Shown: positions 20,951-32,164 of the stretch, one piece after another
Position numbering within the stretch: position 1 is the stretch's first letter
Layout: the number at the start of each line of letters is the position of its first letter
Source: Dimargaris cristalligena
Lineage: Eukaryota
DNA length: 35,497 nt
NCBI GenBank assembly: GCA_003614675.1
Contig: ML002379.1
Coordinates: forward strand, 1 to 35,497
Direction: 5' to 3'
Notes under the pieces: model-generated
Database searches by the model: none
What the model saw: the letters and a program-made list of their open reading frames with translations, nothing else
What the model was told of the DNA's origin: nothing
Made by a program: the position numbers and the translations under genes

Positions 20951-22695
20951 ATGGCTGATCCGCAACCTGGTAAGTGTACATTAGAGTTAGTTACTTAATT
21001 TAGTTTCTTAGCTAATTAGTTAATTAGTTGCCTCCTTCACATGAAGGTTGAATCAGCCCACTGCCCATGGCGTGGGGCCAGCATCACCATTAATCGCCCC
21101 CGTCAACCTCTCCTCCCCCCTAACTCCAACTCCCCTGGGCCGTTCCCATTGATCACCCCCCCCTCTTTTCTAGGAGCCTGGGGCCATTCCTCCCCCCACC
21201 TTTCCGACCACGCCCAGTCCGCCGCGGACATGTCTTCCACCACCCCGGGGAAGCTATTCATTGGTGGCCTGAGCTGGGAAACCACCAACGACTCCTTGCT
21301 CAACTACTTTTCCACCTTCGGCACCGTCGTCGAACACATGGTTATGCGGGACCAGTACACTGGCCGTTCGCGCGGTTTCGGCTTTGTGCGCTTCGCTGAC
21401 TCGGCCGTGGTCGACCAGGTGGTCCAAAAGGAACACTACATTGACGGTAAAAAGGTGGATCCTAAAGTGGCCGTCCCCAAAGAAGACCAATCCCAGCAGG
21501 AGCTTCACGACCGTGTCGAAAACAAGAACAAGGTATTCGTGGGCCACGTTCCCATCACTACCACTCAGGATCAGTTTCGCCAGTTCTTTGAGCAGTTTGG
21601 CCCCGTAGTTGCCGCTACCCTGATTCACGATAAGGCCACCAACAAGTCGCGGGGATTCGGCTTCGTTAGTTTTGCTACCGAGGAGGGCTATCTCAAGTCC
21701 CTCAACGCCCACGAAGCTACCATTAGTGACCAGTTTGTAAGTGCCCTTCTATGTAAAGATCAATTCGGATAGAATGGATCCGTAGAGTCTCCTTGCCCCC
21801 CCCAAATCACATTCACTATGGTTTAACCGGCCTTCCGTCGTTTGTAATGTTGTCGCACACCTACTCCTCCCCCACCGTATAGTTGGATATTAAACCAGCG
21901 GAGCGCCGTCATGCCCGCCAGAAACCCGAGACTCCCTTTGGCGCCTACTACGACATGGTCGGTGGACGGGAATACGCCAGTGAGCGCTTTGGTCGGCGCG
22001 GTGCCCCCCGGAGTCGTGGTCCCAGCCGAGGCCGCGGGCGCGGGGGCCATTATTGGGCCAACGGCCGCTACCGGAACAATCCCGAAGCCGCTTTCCCCCC
22101 TAATGCCCCGGTATACCCCCCCTACGGATTTGGCTACGTCTACGGACAGCAGGACTTTGGCCGCCCCAACAGCTACGATCCCGCCTCAGGAAACCCTTCG
22201 GCGTTTTACGGCCGTCCCTATCCGGGAGTCTACTCCGAGTATCCCCAGTCGGGGGTGGGCGAACCCACCTCCGGCGCACTGGCCGGTGCCCAGTCCCTTG
22301 CCGGGAGCGCTTACCCGAACTGGCCCTCGTCAGGCGGCGTTCTGGCCGCTGGCCAAGCCGGGTCCTCGGCCGGGGGTTCCATGGCCGCCGGTCTACCCAG
22401 CGGTCCTAATCCGTCGTTTGGGGCCGAGGCTGGCTCGGACTCCTACGCCAGCCCCTACTACCCCTACCGACCCTCCGCTGGGCATCCCCAGGCCAGTAAC
22501 CCCAACTTACAGCCCTACACCAGTTTGTATGGCTCTCAAGGCGGTTCCTACATCCCCGCCTCAGTCGAGAATGGCTCCTATTTGTCAACCCCCGCTGGCA
22601 TTAGTCAGTCCGCGAATAACCCGGGCGCCGCCCACGGGGACGACGGATCAGGCCTGCCGACTGCAACATCAATGGGCTTCCAGCCCTACTCCTAA
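20951..22695 (+). CDS. Two-RRM RNA-binding protein of the Musashi/DAZAP1/Hrp1 family, 3 coding exons, ~464 aa
   Basis: Exons 20951-20969 (MADPQP), 21174-21736 and 21883-22695 are in frame. RRM1 has KLFIGGLSW..RSRGFGFVRF; RRM2 has KVFVG..KSRGFGFVSF. RGG box and Tyr/Pro/Gly/Ser low-complexity tail. An alternative start at ATG 21230 is possible. Confidence 0.92.
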
Positions 22696-23571
22696 GCCGT
22701 TTACTCTCTCTCCCTCCCCGCTATTTATGTTTTTTAACTCTGCTTTGCGCTAGCCCTCAACTATTTTGTTCTGTTTTGTTTTGGAATGATTCGGATTATG
22801 TACATGTTATGACGATGTATATCTTGCCTCCCCACTCTTCTTTTTGCCAACTCTCTCTTCATTGTTTAAACCTTGTTATTCCTTGATTTTTTGGTGGGTT
22901 TTCCCCGTCCAATTCGCTTTTGTTGCCAAATCTTGGCTTGTGTTACGCGTGATTTTGTTCACTGTACAGACGTCCTTTTTATATATATATATATTTCATT
23001 ATTTTCATTATCTTAGTTATAGTAAACCATAATGTTGCCTTTCTTCATTCCGAAATGGTTCCTTTGGGTCTTTGTCAACATGGTCCCATTGTTTCGTACC
23101 TGAGCTTGGGCGGTCTGCACCGCGCTCATCTGTCCAGACTGCATGCTTTATCGAACCACCTAAATTGAGTTGCGACGAGTTCATGCATGCGCGCGCGTGT
23201 GTAACCAATGAAGTGACTGCTTTCTTCGCTTTACCCGTTATTGTCTATGCGCCAGGATCTTGGTCATTATTCCCACCTCCCTCTCCCTCGCTTTCTCTCT
23301 GTCGTGTTAAATCCGTATCACCGTGAAAACGGCCCAGTCCTAACCCAATTACTGCCATCGTCCAATGCTAATATACAGGGATTCTTTAGCGCACCGGTAT
23401 CGTATCGCTTCTTGTACCAACGGTAAGTAATAGGTGACAAAGTGTAGTCATATCCCCTTCTCTCTTAGTACCATTCTTCGTATGGACAGGGGTATACTTA
23501 ATCGGGGTGGCCCGGTAGATGACAGAATGACGTGTTTATAATAAATGCCATACGAAGAGAACTACCGCGTG

Positions 23572-23592
23572 AATAATAATAATAATAATAAT
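23572..23592. repeat. (AAT)7 microsatellite
   Basis: Perfect AAT trinucleotide run between convergent genes. Confidence 0.8.
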
Positions 23593-24492
23593 TGAAATAA
23601 AATAAACATAACGTAAACCGAACCGAGCGCGACCAAATGTCAATTGACGAATATAATGGAAGCGAGCTATGTAAACAAATAGAAGTCGAATTACAAGGTT
23701 GAATATCTTATAAGCAAGACGAGGAGGAGGGGGGGATGAAATAAGAAACGGTTCCGATTCGAAATCAACCGGATGGCATAACCTCGTACATAAACTAGGT
23801 TCAAGCTTGGTAATAATTTAGGATGTAGGAAAGGCAGAGAAGAGAGGTAATGGTGTTGCATAGGCAGCGGGCCCCGTTAGAAATATAGAGGAGGCCCAAA
23901 TGCCACAGGAGAAGGAGGATATAATTGGCATTCCAGATATACCCCCTTTTATAGGAAAGAAGGGCAACTAAAAAACGATTCAGCACTGGTCGACTGATAT
24001 TACTCATCTGGAGGCCACGAAGATGGAGGAACGTAGGGTCAGTGGTCGAATGAACAGGTAAAAATGGTGAAAAGCTATATTAAGCAGCAGTCCAGCCACT
24101 ACCATTACCACTGCAACGAAAAACACCTCCCCGTTTTAAAAAGCGAAGGAGTCCGAGAAAACCAAAGAAAATGCGTTTAAATAGTAAAAAGAAACGAATA
24201 TAAAAAGATAATGTATAGGAATATATGACCCCCCTCACGCCGACCAATGCAGTTTAGGATGCCATTGCGAAGGGGTGATACCATAGAGGCTTGAAGGATT
24301 AGGAGGTGGTCACTGACCGACACAAGCTAGAGTACACGGTGGTACTATACTACGAATGGGGAGGACCTTACCACGTCGGAGTCGCAAGGGAGGGGAAGCG
24401 GGCAAGTTACTATAAAGGTCCCCTATTCAGTGAAAGCAAATGGCAAGGGGGGGGTGAGTTAAGAAACGCGAAAGGGGCAGGAGGTGTATAGT

Positions 24493-27098
24493 CTATTTGT
24501 AACGGAACCGCAGGAGGGGCGATAGCTCCTTTAATGGCCCGGATTTGGTCAAAAACTCGTGGCGTAGCAAATCAGTGGAGTTCGCCCGGCTCGTGATGTC
24601 CACGCACAAACATTCGGCAAGGAACGACTTCAGCTCAGGACTGAGTACTTCGGGCTTCTTGAGTGTGGGGGTTCCGTTGGTGGCAATCAAGTACAGGGCC
24701 TTGAGGGGTTCCTCATCCAGGTATGGTGGCTCGTTCTCAATCATCTCAATGGCCATGATACCGAGGGACCAAATGTCAACCTTGGGTCCGTAGGACTTTT
24801 GCTTCACCACTTCGGGCGCCATCCAGTACGGGGTACCGACCATGGTCGAGCGTTTACTGTGGGCCTCCGACAGTTTGGCGCAGAACCCGAAATCAGTAAT
24901 CTTAACCTGTCCTTCGATGCCCATCAGGATATTGTCACTCTTGATGTCCCGGTGGATAATGCTCTGGGAATGGAGGTGTTGTAAGCCCTTGGTAACTTCG
25001 AAACAAATCGTGGCAATCTGACGCTCCGAGAGATTATTGTTGTCAATGATATCCGTGAGAGCACCGCCCTCCATATATTCCATAACCACCCAGAGCTCCA
25101 TGCTGTGAATAAGGAAACTCTCAATGTAGTTGACAATATTGGGGTGCTGGGACTCTTTCATCACGATAATCTCATTGACTAGGAGCTCCTTCCGGGGTTG
25201 GCTGGACAGGTCCATCTGTTTGATGGCGACCTTCTGGCCGGTGGCCAGCGACCGCGCCACGTAGACGGAGCCCGACGCGCCCTGCCCCACCTTCTTAATC
25301 TTCTGGTACAACACCTTGGGATCCTGCTGCGACACAATCGAACGGAGCTTGGTCATGATTTGGGCCTCCGACATGGTCGATAGCCGCTGCTCCTTGGGAG
25401 GCGCCTTGGGTTGAACTTGGAGGTTATTCATTTTACCGGTCAAGGCGGCCAGGGCATCGCTCTTGGCCTTTTCCACCGATGACTGCGACGAAGGGGCGGT
25501 GGGTGGGGCTTGGGCCATGCCTGCAACCGGTAGAGTGGGAGTGGACAGTTTCTGATGCAGGCTAGTAGGTTCCTGGTCGAAAAGGACCGACATACGCTGG
25601 GGGAGTTCGGGTAGCTTGGGGGAGACCCGTTTGGGGGCCGGGGGATTGGTGGGCCGGGAGTGCGTATAAGCCGGGGAGGCCGGCGCAAGGGCCGCTGGTG
25701 GGGGAGGTGGCGGCGGTGGGGCCACCGAGTAGGCACCGTTGGTGGGTTTAGGCAATTCCTCGGGAGGCCAGCCGCCTGGCGGGTTGGAGGTGGTAGGGTT
25801 CTTGGGAATAAGTCCCTGCCATTTCCCAGGGGGTTGGGTCATACCGTACATATCCGGTGCAGGCTCCTGTTCGTTGTTCTTCGTGTAAAAGTCCAGAACA
25901 TCGAGTACGGCTTGCGGGTTCTTGGTATAGTCGTCCTTCGTAATAGCGGACTGCTGGAGCAGCTTGGCCCATTGGTCAGGCAATCCCTGTGGACCAGCAA
26001 ATCGTCGGTAGAAGTGAGGCATAGGGTAGGGATCAAGGCAGTCCCGATATATGAAAGTGTAAGTATGGGGTTAGGGATAGTTCAGTCGATCCAGGCAGGC
26101 CTGCGAGTGAGACGGGCCTAAGCCTACTTTTGTGAAAGGCTGTAATGAGGGGATGGTCGATGACTTACCGTGAACATGCCGCTGAGCTGGTCAAAGCCCA
26201 CGTGGACCTTGTGTTGGAAGTCCGTTGGACTCGAAACATCCATTATAAGGGGGCATCTCTATCAACCGCGGGATGTAGCATTGCAGTTGGTCCATAGCAG
26301 GGGGTATTAGGCCAAGGCGGATAAACAAATGGTGAGAATCGCCAACGTATACCGGGTTAGCACGGGGGAGGGGTTTGGAAACTATTCACCCACCCTATAA
26401 ATATCCAGAGGGTCCTTTTGCCTTGGGTTGGATTGGGGAGGGAGATACCCATCCGAGTCAAGTCAGAACATACCTCATAGATGGCATCGAGCCACGAATA
26501 TAATTCCTCGTCACCTTTGCAGGATAGGTAGTAGTCCTTGTCTTTGGTCTTGATTTCGATGCAGTATTGGCGAACCTGGCATCGCGAAATACCGATCACA
26601 TCTTTTAGGAAAATGACCGTATTGGCTTGATAGGTATTCTAAAAGGGGGAGGGGGAGTATATATAGAAGAGGGGGCGGCAAACAGGGGAACCGACCAAAT
26701 CCAAAGGAAAAATGGGCCCGGGACTCGTTGGTGAGAATATTGCTTGGAACCTGTAGTAGCACAAGTGGCCTTGGGTCACCAAGTCGCGCTCCACTGCTGA
26801 CTGGAGTCCTCGACAAGGCGAAAGAGGCACGTCCAACTCGAGCGGAGGGGCGCACCATCTGGTAAGTAGGGCCAGAGGGGCTTTGGCGCCTAAGGCGGTT
26901 CGCGTCCAGATGAGGGGGTAGCGGGGTCATCTGGAGGACCATCTCCCAAATACACGGGCGGCCGGCTGGAATACGTACCTCATTGCGATGAAAAGTTATG
27001 GTGCCCTCGCGCAGTAGGGTCCAACGCTTGGACCACAGCCAGGACCGGATCCCATCCTCTTTGATTGACAGGTATCCCTTTTTGAACACCGAGGTCAT
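24493..27098 (-). CDS. CLA4: Cla4-type p21-activated kinase (PH + CRIB + Ser/Thr kinase), 4 exons, 622 aa
   Basis: Exons 27098-26979, 26638-26474, 26258-26169, 25986-24493. PH domain ([28 protein letters not shown]), CRIB ([16 protein letters not shown]), kinase motifs [26 protein letters not shown]. Confidence 0.96.
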
Positions 27099-27513
27099 GG
27101 TCGGGAAAGTCGGGGAGAAGGGTCGAACGGTGGGGGGTGGAAAGGGTCAGGGAGAAAAAAGAGATATCCGAATAGTAGAGCGAGGGTGAAGATGAGTTAG
27201 GGTTGGTAAAGGAAGAAGGGGCGGCACGAACTGAGGGGAGGGTTGGGCCAGGGACCGGATGAGCGCACAGCGAATAAAGTGAGAGTTGAGCCCGGGGAAG
27301 TATAGAGGGTTAGGCTTAGTTAGGGAATTTGGGAATAGGGTGGGGGAGGCACAGGAAAAAAAGAGAGGGGATCCAAAAGCGGAGGCCAAAGGGAACTCAG
27401 TAAGTAGACCAAAGCGGGTAGGGCCGATGGAAACCGCCAAAAAGACAGCAGGTGAAGCGAAGATGAGGCAGCCGGACTTGGGTATTTATAGGGTTATATA
27501 TAGTTGGTGATAA

Positions 27514-27533
27514 ATATATATATATATATATAT
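27514..27533. repeat. (AT)10 microsatellite
   Basis: Perfect AT run in the divergent intergenic region upstream of CLA4. Confidence 0.8.
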
Positions 27534-28154
27534 GTTATATGCGTATTGTAGAGGGGAGATTGGGTGAGAGGGGGGTACGAAGGAGGGCTATATAATAGGT
27601 AGGTGGGTGTATGCATATAGCCAAGGAATGGAATAGCAGCGGCTGGCACAAGGAAGCGGGAATAAGAGGAGAGGAGGAGGGGTCTTGGTTATATATATAG
27701 CTATCTGTAAGTATATATGCTAGAAGACCACCTCTTGGGTATATAAGGGCTAGAACTAGTTTGGGACCTCCCCGACCGAACTGCCGTACTTTCGGCCAGG
27801 CTCCAAAGAAGCCGCCCACCTCGTCGGGGTTGAGAGGCCGTTGCCGTCGCCGTTGTCGCCGTCTGCGTCCCTGGAGTAAAGGCTAAGCCACATTGAGGGC
27901 TTCGACTGCTAGGGAAGGGTATATAGTGTACCACACCACCACGTGTGTAGGCGGGCGGTTGGTTGGTGATGGTAGAAATTATTCGGCTCCTCCCCCCTTT
28001 ATTCCCTCCCCCCTCTCTCCTGTATCACGCCGACGGGGCCCTCCCATTCTGGCCGGTCCTTGTCCTTGGTATCTACTACTGCTTGAATCCACCCTTCGTT
28101 AACTTCGTCAGTGACCGTTGTTCATTCCAAGCCATTTAGTTCCCTCGCCTCACC

Positions 28155-29255
28155 ATGAATTCCGCCGGCTCCGGGCCCTCGGCCACGGGTCACTCCGAAA
28201 ATGCCTGGGAGGCCGTTCGTGAGATGGTCCACAAGCGCATCGTCACCTTTATCCATCTGCGACGGGTAGTGGGCTCCACCCAGTCCCTATTCTTCAATAC
28301 CATCATCATCCCCCCGGAGGACATGGCCGCGTTTTATAACAACATTCGGATGCGTCAACGGTAGGTTCCCCCTCAGTTCCCTCTTTAAACCGGCGTCTAT
28401 ACTCAGTGACCACCTCTGCTGTGTAGGGGAGGCCGCTTGACCTACCTACCCTACTCCTACGGTGTTGGCCCAAGCTAATGCCCGTATAATAAACAAACAA
28501 TTTGATACCCCTCCCACCCATTTTGATGGCGACCCCCCCTCCCTTCCTTTAGCACCCACCAGTTTCTGACTCTGGGCATTAGCCTGGGCCCTATCCTCGA
28601 TATCACCAATCCCAATGACTTCCTCAAGGCCCTCAGTATATTAATGAACGAGTACCACGACTACATCGCCGAGGGAGAGAAACAACGCAAGAAAACCTTC
28701 TTTCGCAAGTCCCGGACGGCCGAAGAGACCCTCCTCCTCAACGCGTCCCATACTACCGGCAACAATGGACTGGCCTCCATCAACTCCAATGGATCGGCCC
28801 CGCTGGGTGTCGCCAACGGACCAAATCACCATGCCGTTTCGGGCACGCTTTCCTCCTCCTCTCCCTACGCGGGACATTCTTCCGCTGGCCCATCGAACTC
28901 CTACTATGTTTTTTTGCCCGAGGGAATGGACTTCAACTACCTAGACGTCCGCCATTTCCCCTTTGACCTCGACTATATCCAAACCTTTGATACGCTATGC
29001 GAAGTGATTTGCCTGGTGTATAACCGGCTGTCCGATACCATCAACACCCTGGTCGAGTCCCCCGCGCTCCAGGACATGATCACCAAAATCGATGGCAAAT
29101 TTAAGAAAATTATTCATTTGGTCCTCAAAGAACTGGATGAGCTGGCCCGCCAGTTAATCCAAGATGAATTCTTCACCCTTGGGTTTTGCGAGGCCACCAA
29201 AACAAGTATGGCCATTGGTTCCAACTCAGTACCAATATGGGACAATGATGTGTAG
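28155..29255 (+). CDS. Conserved-looking fungal protein of unknown function, 2 exons, 302 aa
   Basis: Exons 28155-28360 and 28553-29255 are in frame (GTAGGT..TTTAG); caccATG start. Blocks KRIVTFIHLRR..FFNT, FLTLGISLG and PFDLDYIQTFDTLCEVICLVY resemble, from memory, an uncharacterised fungal family. Confidence 0.85.
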
Positions 29256-29681
29256 CAACTGCCCTCGACTGAGAGTGCGGATACCTTTCTACCGGTCCCT
29301 CATCTGACTTAACAGGTGGTTTAGGTTCAGACAACGTGCTACCATCTGCTGCTACTCTCTCCTTATACCATTACCATTACCATTACTATTATTATTACTA
29401 CTATTACCACTACCCCCTTTCCCCTCACCCCCATTGCCAAAATACCTTTGGCGATTTAACTTGCACTATTAACCCCCCGTCTCCTCACGTATATTTGTTG
29501 GCTATACAATAAACCCTTCCTCCTAAGCCCAGCCGGGTCCCAATGTACTTATTACCGCGTATTCCCAGTGTATTAGCTGTATTTATTATTATTATTATTA
29601 TGGGTGGGTATTCCTGCGGCGTAATGGTCACCAAGTATGGCCCATCTCCCAATGGATATATACAATGGCCAAAATCACTCC

Positions 29682-31626
29682 CTACCACCACAGCTTTTCG
29701 AACTCTTTGAAAAGTGGCCTTCGCCTTCGGCCCAGCAAATGTTGAACGGCTTCCATCATTTCCCGCTGGTCTCGTTTCCCCCTATTATAGTCTAATGACA
29801 TTAGCCGAGACAAAGAAAAAAAACCCTCCCCGTAACATATCGGGCAATCATTTAATTCGTAAGGCTAGGAAGGGGGAGATGAGTGTCCCATTCGTGAACT
29901 CACATAGGACAAGGGTCCCTTTGGAGTGTCGAGCTAAGGACCTTACGCTACTCAGGGGGTCAGTTTCGGACCACTTCACTTACCTTTGACCGTTTGGATC
30001 AGTACCATGAACTAATCGGAATTAGAATTAGAGGAAGTCGATAAGAAAAAGGGGTTTTATAAGGTTGGGCGTTAAGTAGACATACACCAGGGCTAATGAA
30101 TAACACATGGGCTTGCGCTAATGTGGCAACCATCAATTACAAATGTGCTATCCGCCCGGACCTCGCATTCCTTTGACCGAGTTCCCCTTGGTCCACCCGG
30201 TCAAAGGGAATACTGACTTACGTCGTTGTAGGTGAGCTGGGAGCGGGCCTTTTGAAAGAACGCGGCCCCATCGACGGATTCCCGAGATGCCATCGTGGGT
30301 CGTGGACTAGGGCTGAGGGGGTAGCGGTCCAGGGGGATATTCGGTGGTTTCGAGAACATGGTTTCGGGTCGAGTAGTGCCTCCAGGAGTAGGTACAAAGC
30401 GAACCCGACTCGTCTTAGCAGCATTGGGATCGGGCCGTTTAGTCTCTAAGTGAACGGGATCATACACCGGGGACGGTTGGACGGCGTAGGGATCGATATA
30501 GGAGACGGACGGTTCGTCCATAAAATTCGTCGACCCTGCTGGTTCCCCACCGGGCGACTAGTTAATTCCAAATCACGAGGAAAACCATAAGCTTATTAGT
30601 ATAGGCTAGGGTCGATGCCTAAAGTACCAACCACTGCTCGATTTGACGCAGTTTTATTTTACCAAGTCCGCGCTGTCGTTGCGAACTTCCTGGTCCATGC
30701 AGGGCGAACCATCTCCTCCTCCTAGATCCATCACTAACGTACATGGATGCGCACGGGCGGTGGCCCTATTACCCTTGACCCGGGCTCCTCGGCTTGATCC
30801 ATCGTGTGCATAATGACGCTTTTAAGGTCCTGGTAGCGGGTCAGCGATTCGGTCAACTTATCGATTTGCTGATCCCTGGTGCGCTTGTCCAACATTAACA
30901 ATACCATGCCAATTTCTGGAAATGATGGTCAGTGAGAAATTCAACGCAGCGGCTCAGCCTTGAATACAGTGAGTAATGATCATCCTTATCGCTTCTCCCA
31001 ACGGATACCGCACCGTACTTCTCTCCCTAAGTGAACCATGGGTTCATTTGGTATGAGGATGTTCTAGTCATAATTTATTGGTGACTCGCCAATGGCCAAG
31101 GACTACACCACAGTAGGGTAGTCCCACTGGGCGACTAACTTACTTCTCTTCACAGGCCCGTCGTAGATGTTCAACCTCCTCAGTCAACTCTGTGGATTGG
31201 GGTCCAGTATAGTGCATCACAACCGAAATGCGAATAAAGCGCCTCCACTATGAACTCGGAGTGTTTCTTACCAATATAACGGGGATCGATTGTATGGCGG
31301 GGGTTAAATCCTTTGCTAGGGCGAGTCATACTTGCCTATAATCCTGCCGGCCTTAGTGTCCAGCTCGTCTGTTAACCGCACCATTTCGCTTGTTTTACCG
31401 ACAATCTAGGCAACCGCATACCAGGTGCGAGTACAAGTCAGTTATGTGGCCCAGTAAGCAATCAAAAGACGCAAATAAAATTATGGCGGCCATCTTGGGC
31501 GTAAATGCCATGTCCCTCAAGTCCCTTTTAGGCAATCAAAGTGACCTGATTTACCTGCCGGGCAAAGGCCTCTCGGATTAAACGGATACCAGTCTCCAGT
31601 TGCCGGTCGTTTGGTGGAGTGGTCAT
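29682..31626 (-). CDS. Coiled-coil protein with an At4g15545/NAIP-like C-terminal helical domain, ~7 exons, ~264 aa
   Basis: Hand-spliced exons 31626-31555, 31405-31336, 31189-31144, 30875-30743, 30557-30222, 30011-29984, 29791-29682 total 795 nt with an open frame. C-terminus VDGAAFFQKARSQLTYNDFMVLIQTVKDYNRGKRDQREMMEAVQHLLG..LFKEFEKL. Exon 4 boundaries are the least certain. Confidence 0.75.
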
Positions 31627-32164
31627 GTAGTAATAGGTCACAATGCAGTTCGGTCGTATCAGGGGTAGAATAACAAGGATGGAAGAAATAAAGGACAGGT
31701 GTGGGTCAGCAGCAGGGCCTGCCCTAGTCCTAAACAACTTATACTACCAAGTAGCCCACCACCCCCTCTCTTATACTAAGTCTAATCGAAGGGGAAATCA
31801 ATCGACTCTACTGCCGCTCGGTCGCGTTTAACTTCCAATGGTGCCCCCTCTTGGCCATTGTGACAAAGAGCTTCTTCCCCACCTCCGTTTCCCATATGTA
31901 CCCACATGCCCATAGTTAAAGAACATCGGTGGCCAGTTATCAAAATGAGGAGTGTTTTTAAAGGTGAATTTTTACTACTAATAATAAATATCCTGGTGCA
32001 AAGTCGTCCTTAAACACGAACTATCATAAACTATTCCATGGGATGGAACCACTCTAGGAAAGTGGGGGGGGGGGAGAATCCGGTCCAGGCGAGTGCCTGG
32101 GCCGATTCACTAAACCTGTTTTCCGACCAACTACTACTACTACTACTCCTCCTCCTCCTCCGCT

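Noticed and set aside
21911-22753. 280-aa alternative-frame ORF overlapping the last RRM exon
   Set aside because: Pro-rich product of a GC-rich low-complexity exon. Splice phase supports the 21883 frame.
12889-27098. 7TM protein, phosducin-like protein and PAK as a G-protein signalling cluster
   Set aside because: The genes are interleaved with unrelated ones and fungal signalling genes are not normally clustered. No synteny evidence is available.
26511-27098. 195-aa ORF reading through CLA4 intron 1
   Set aside because: The PH domain is only completed by splicing 26978-26639; the read-through sequence has no domain features.
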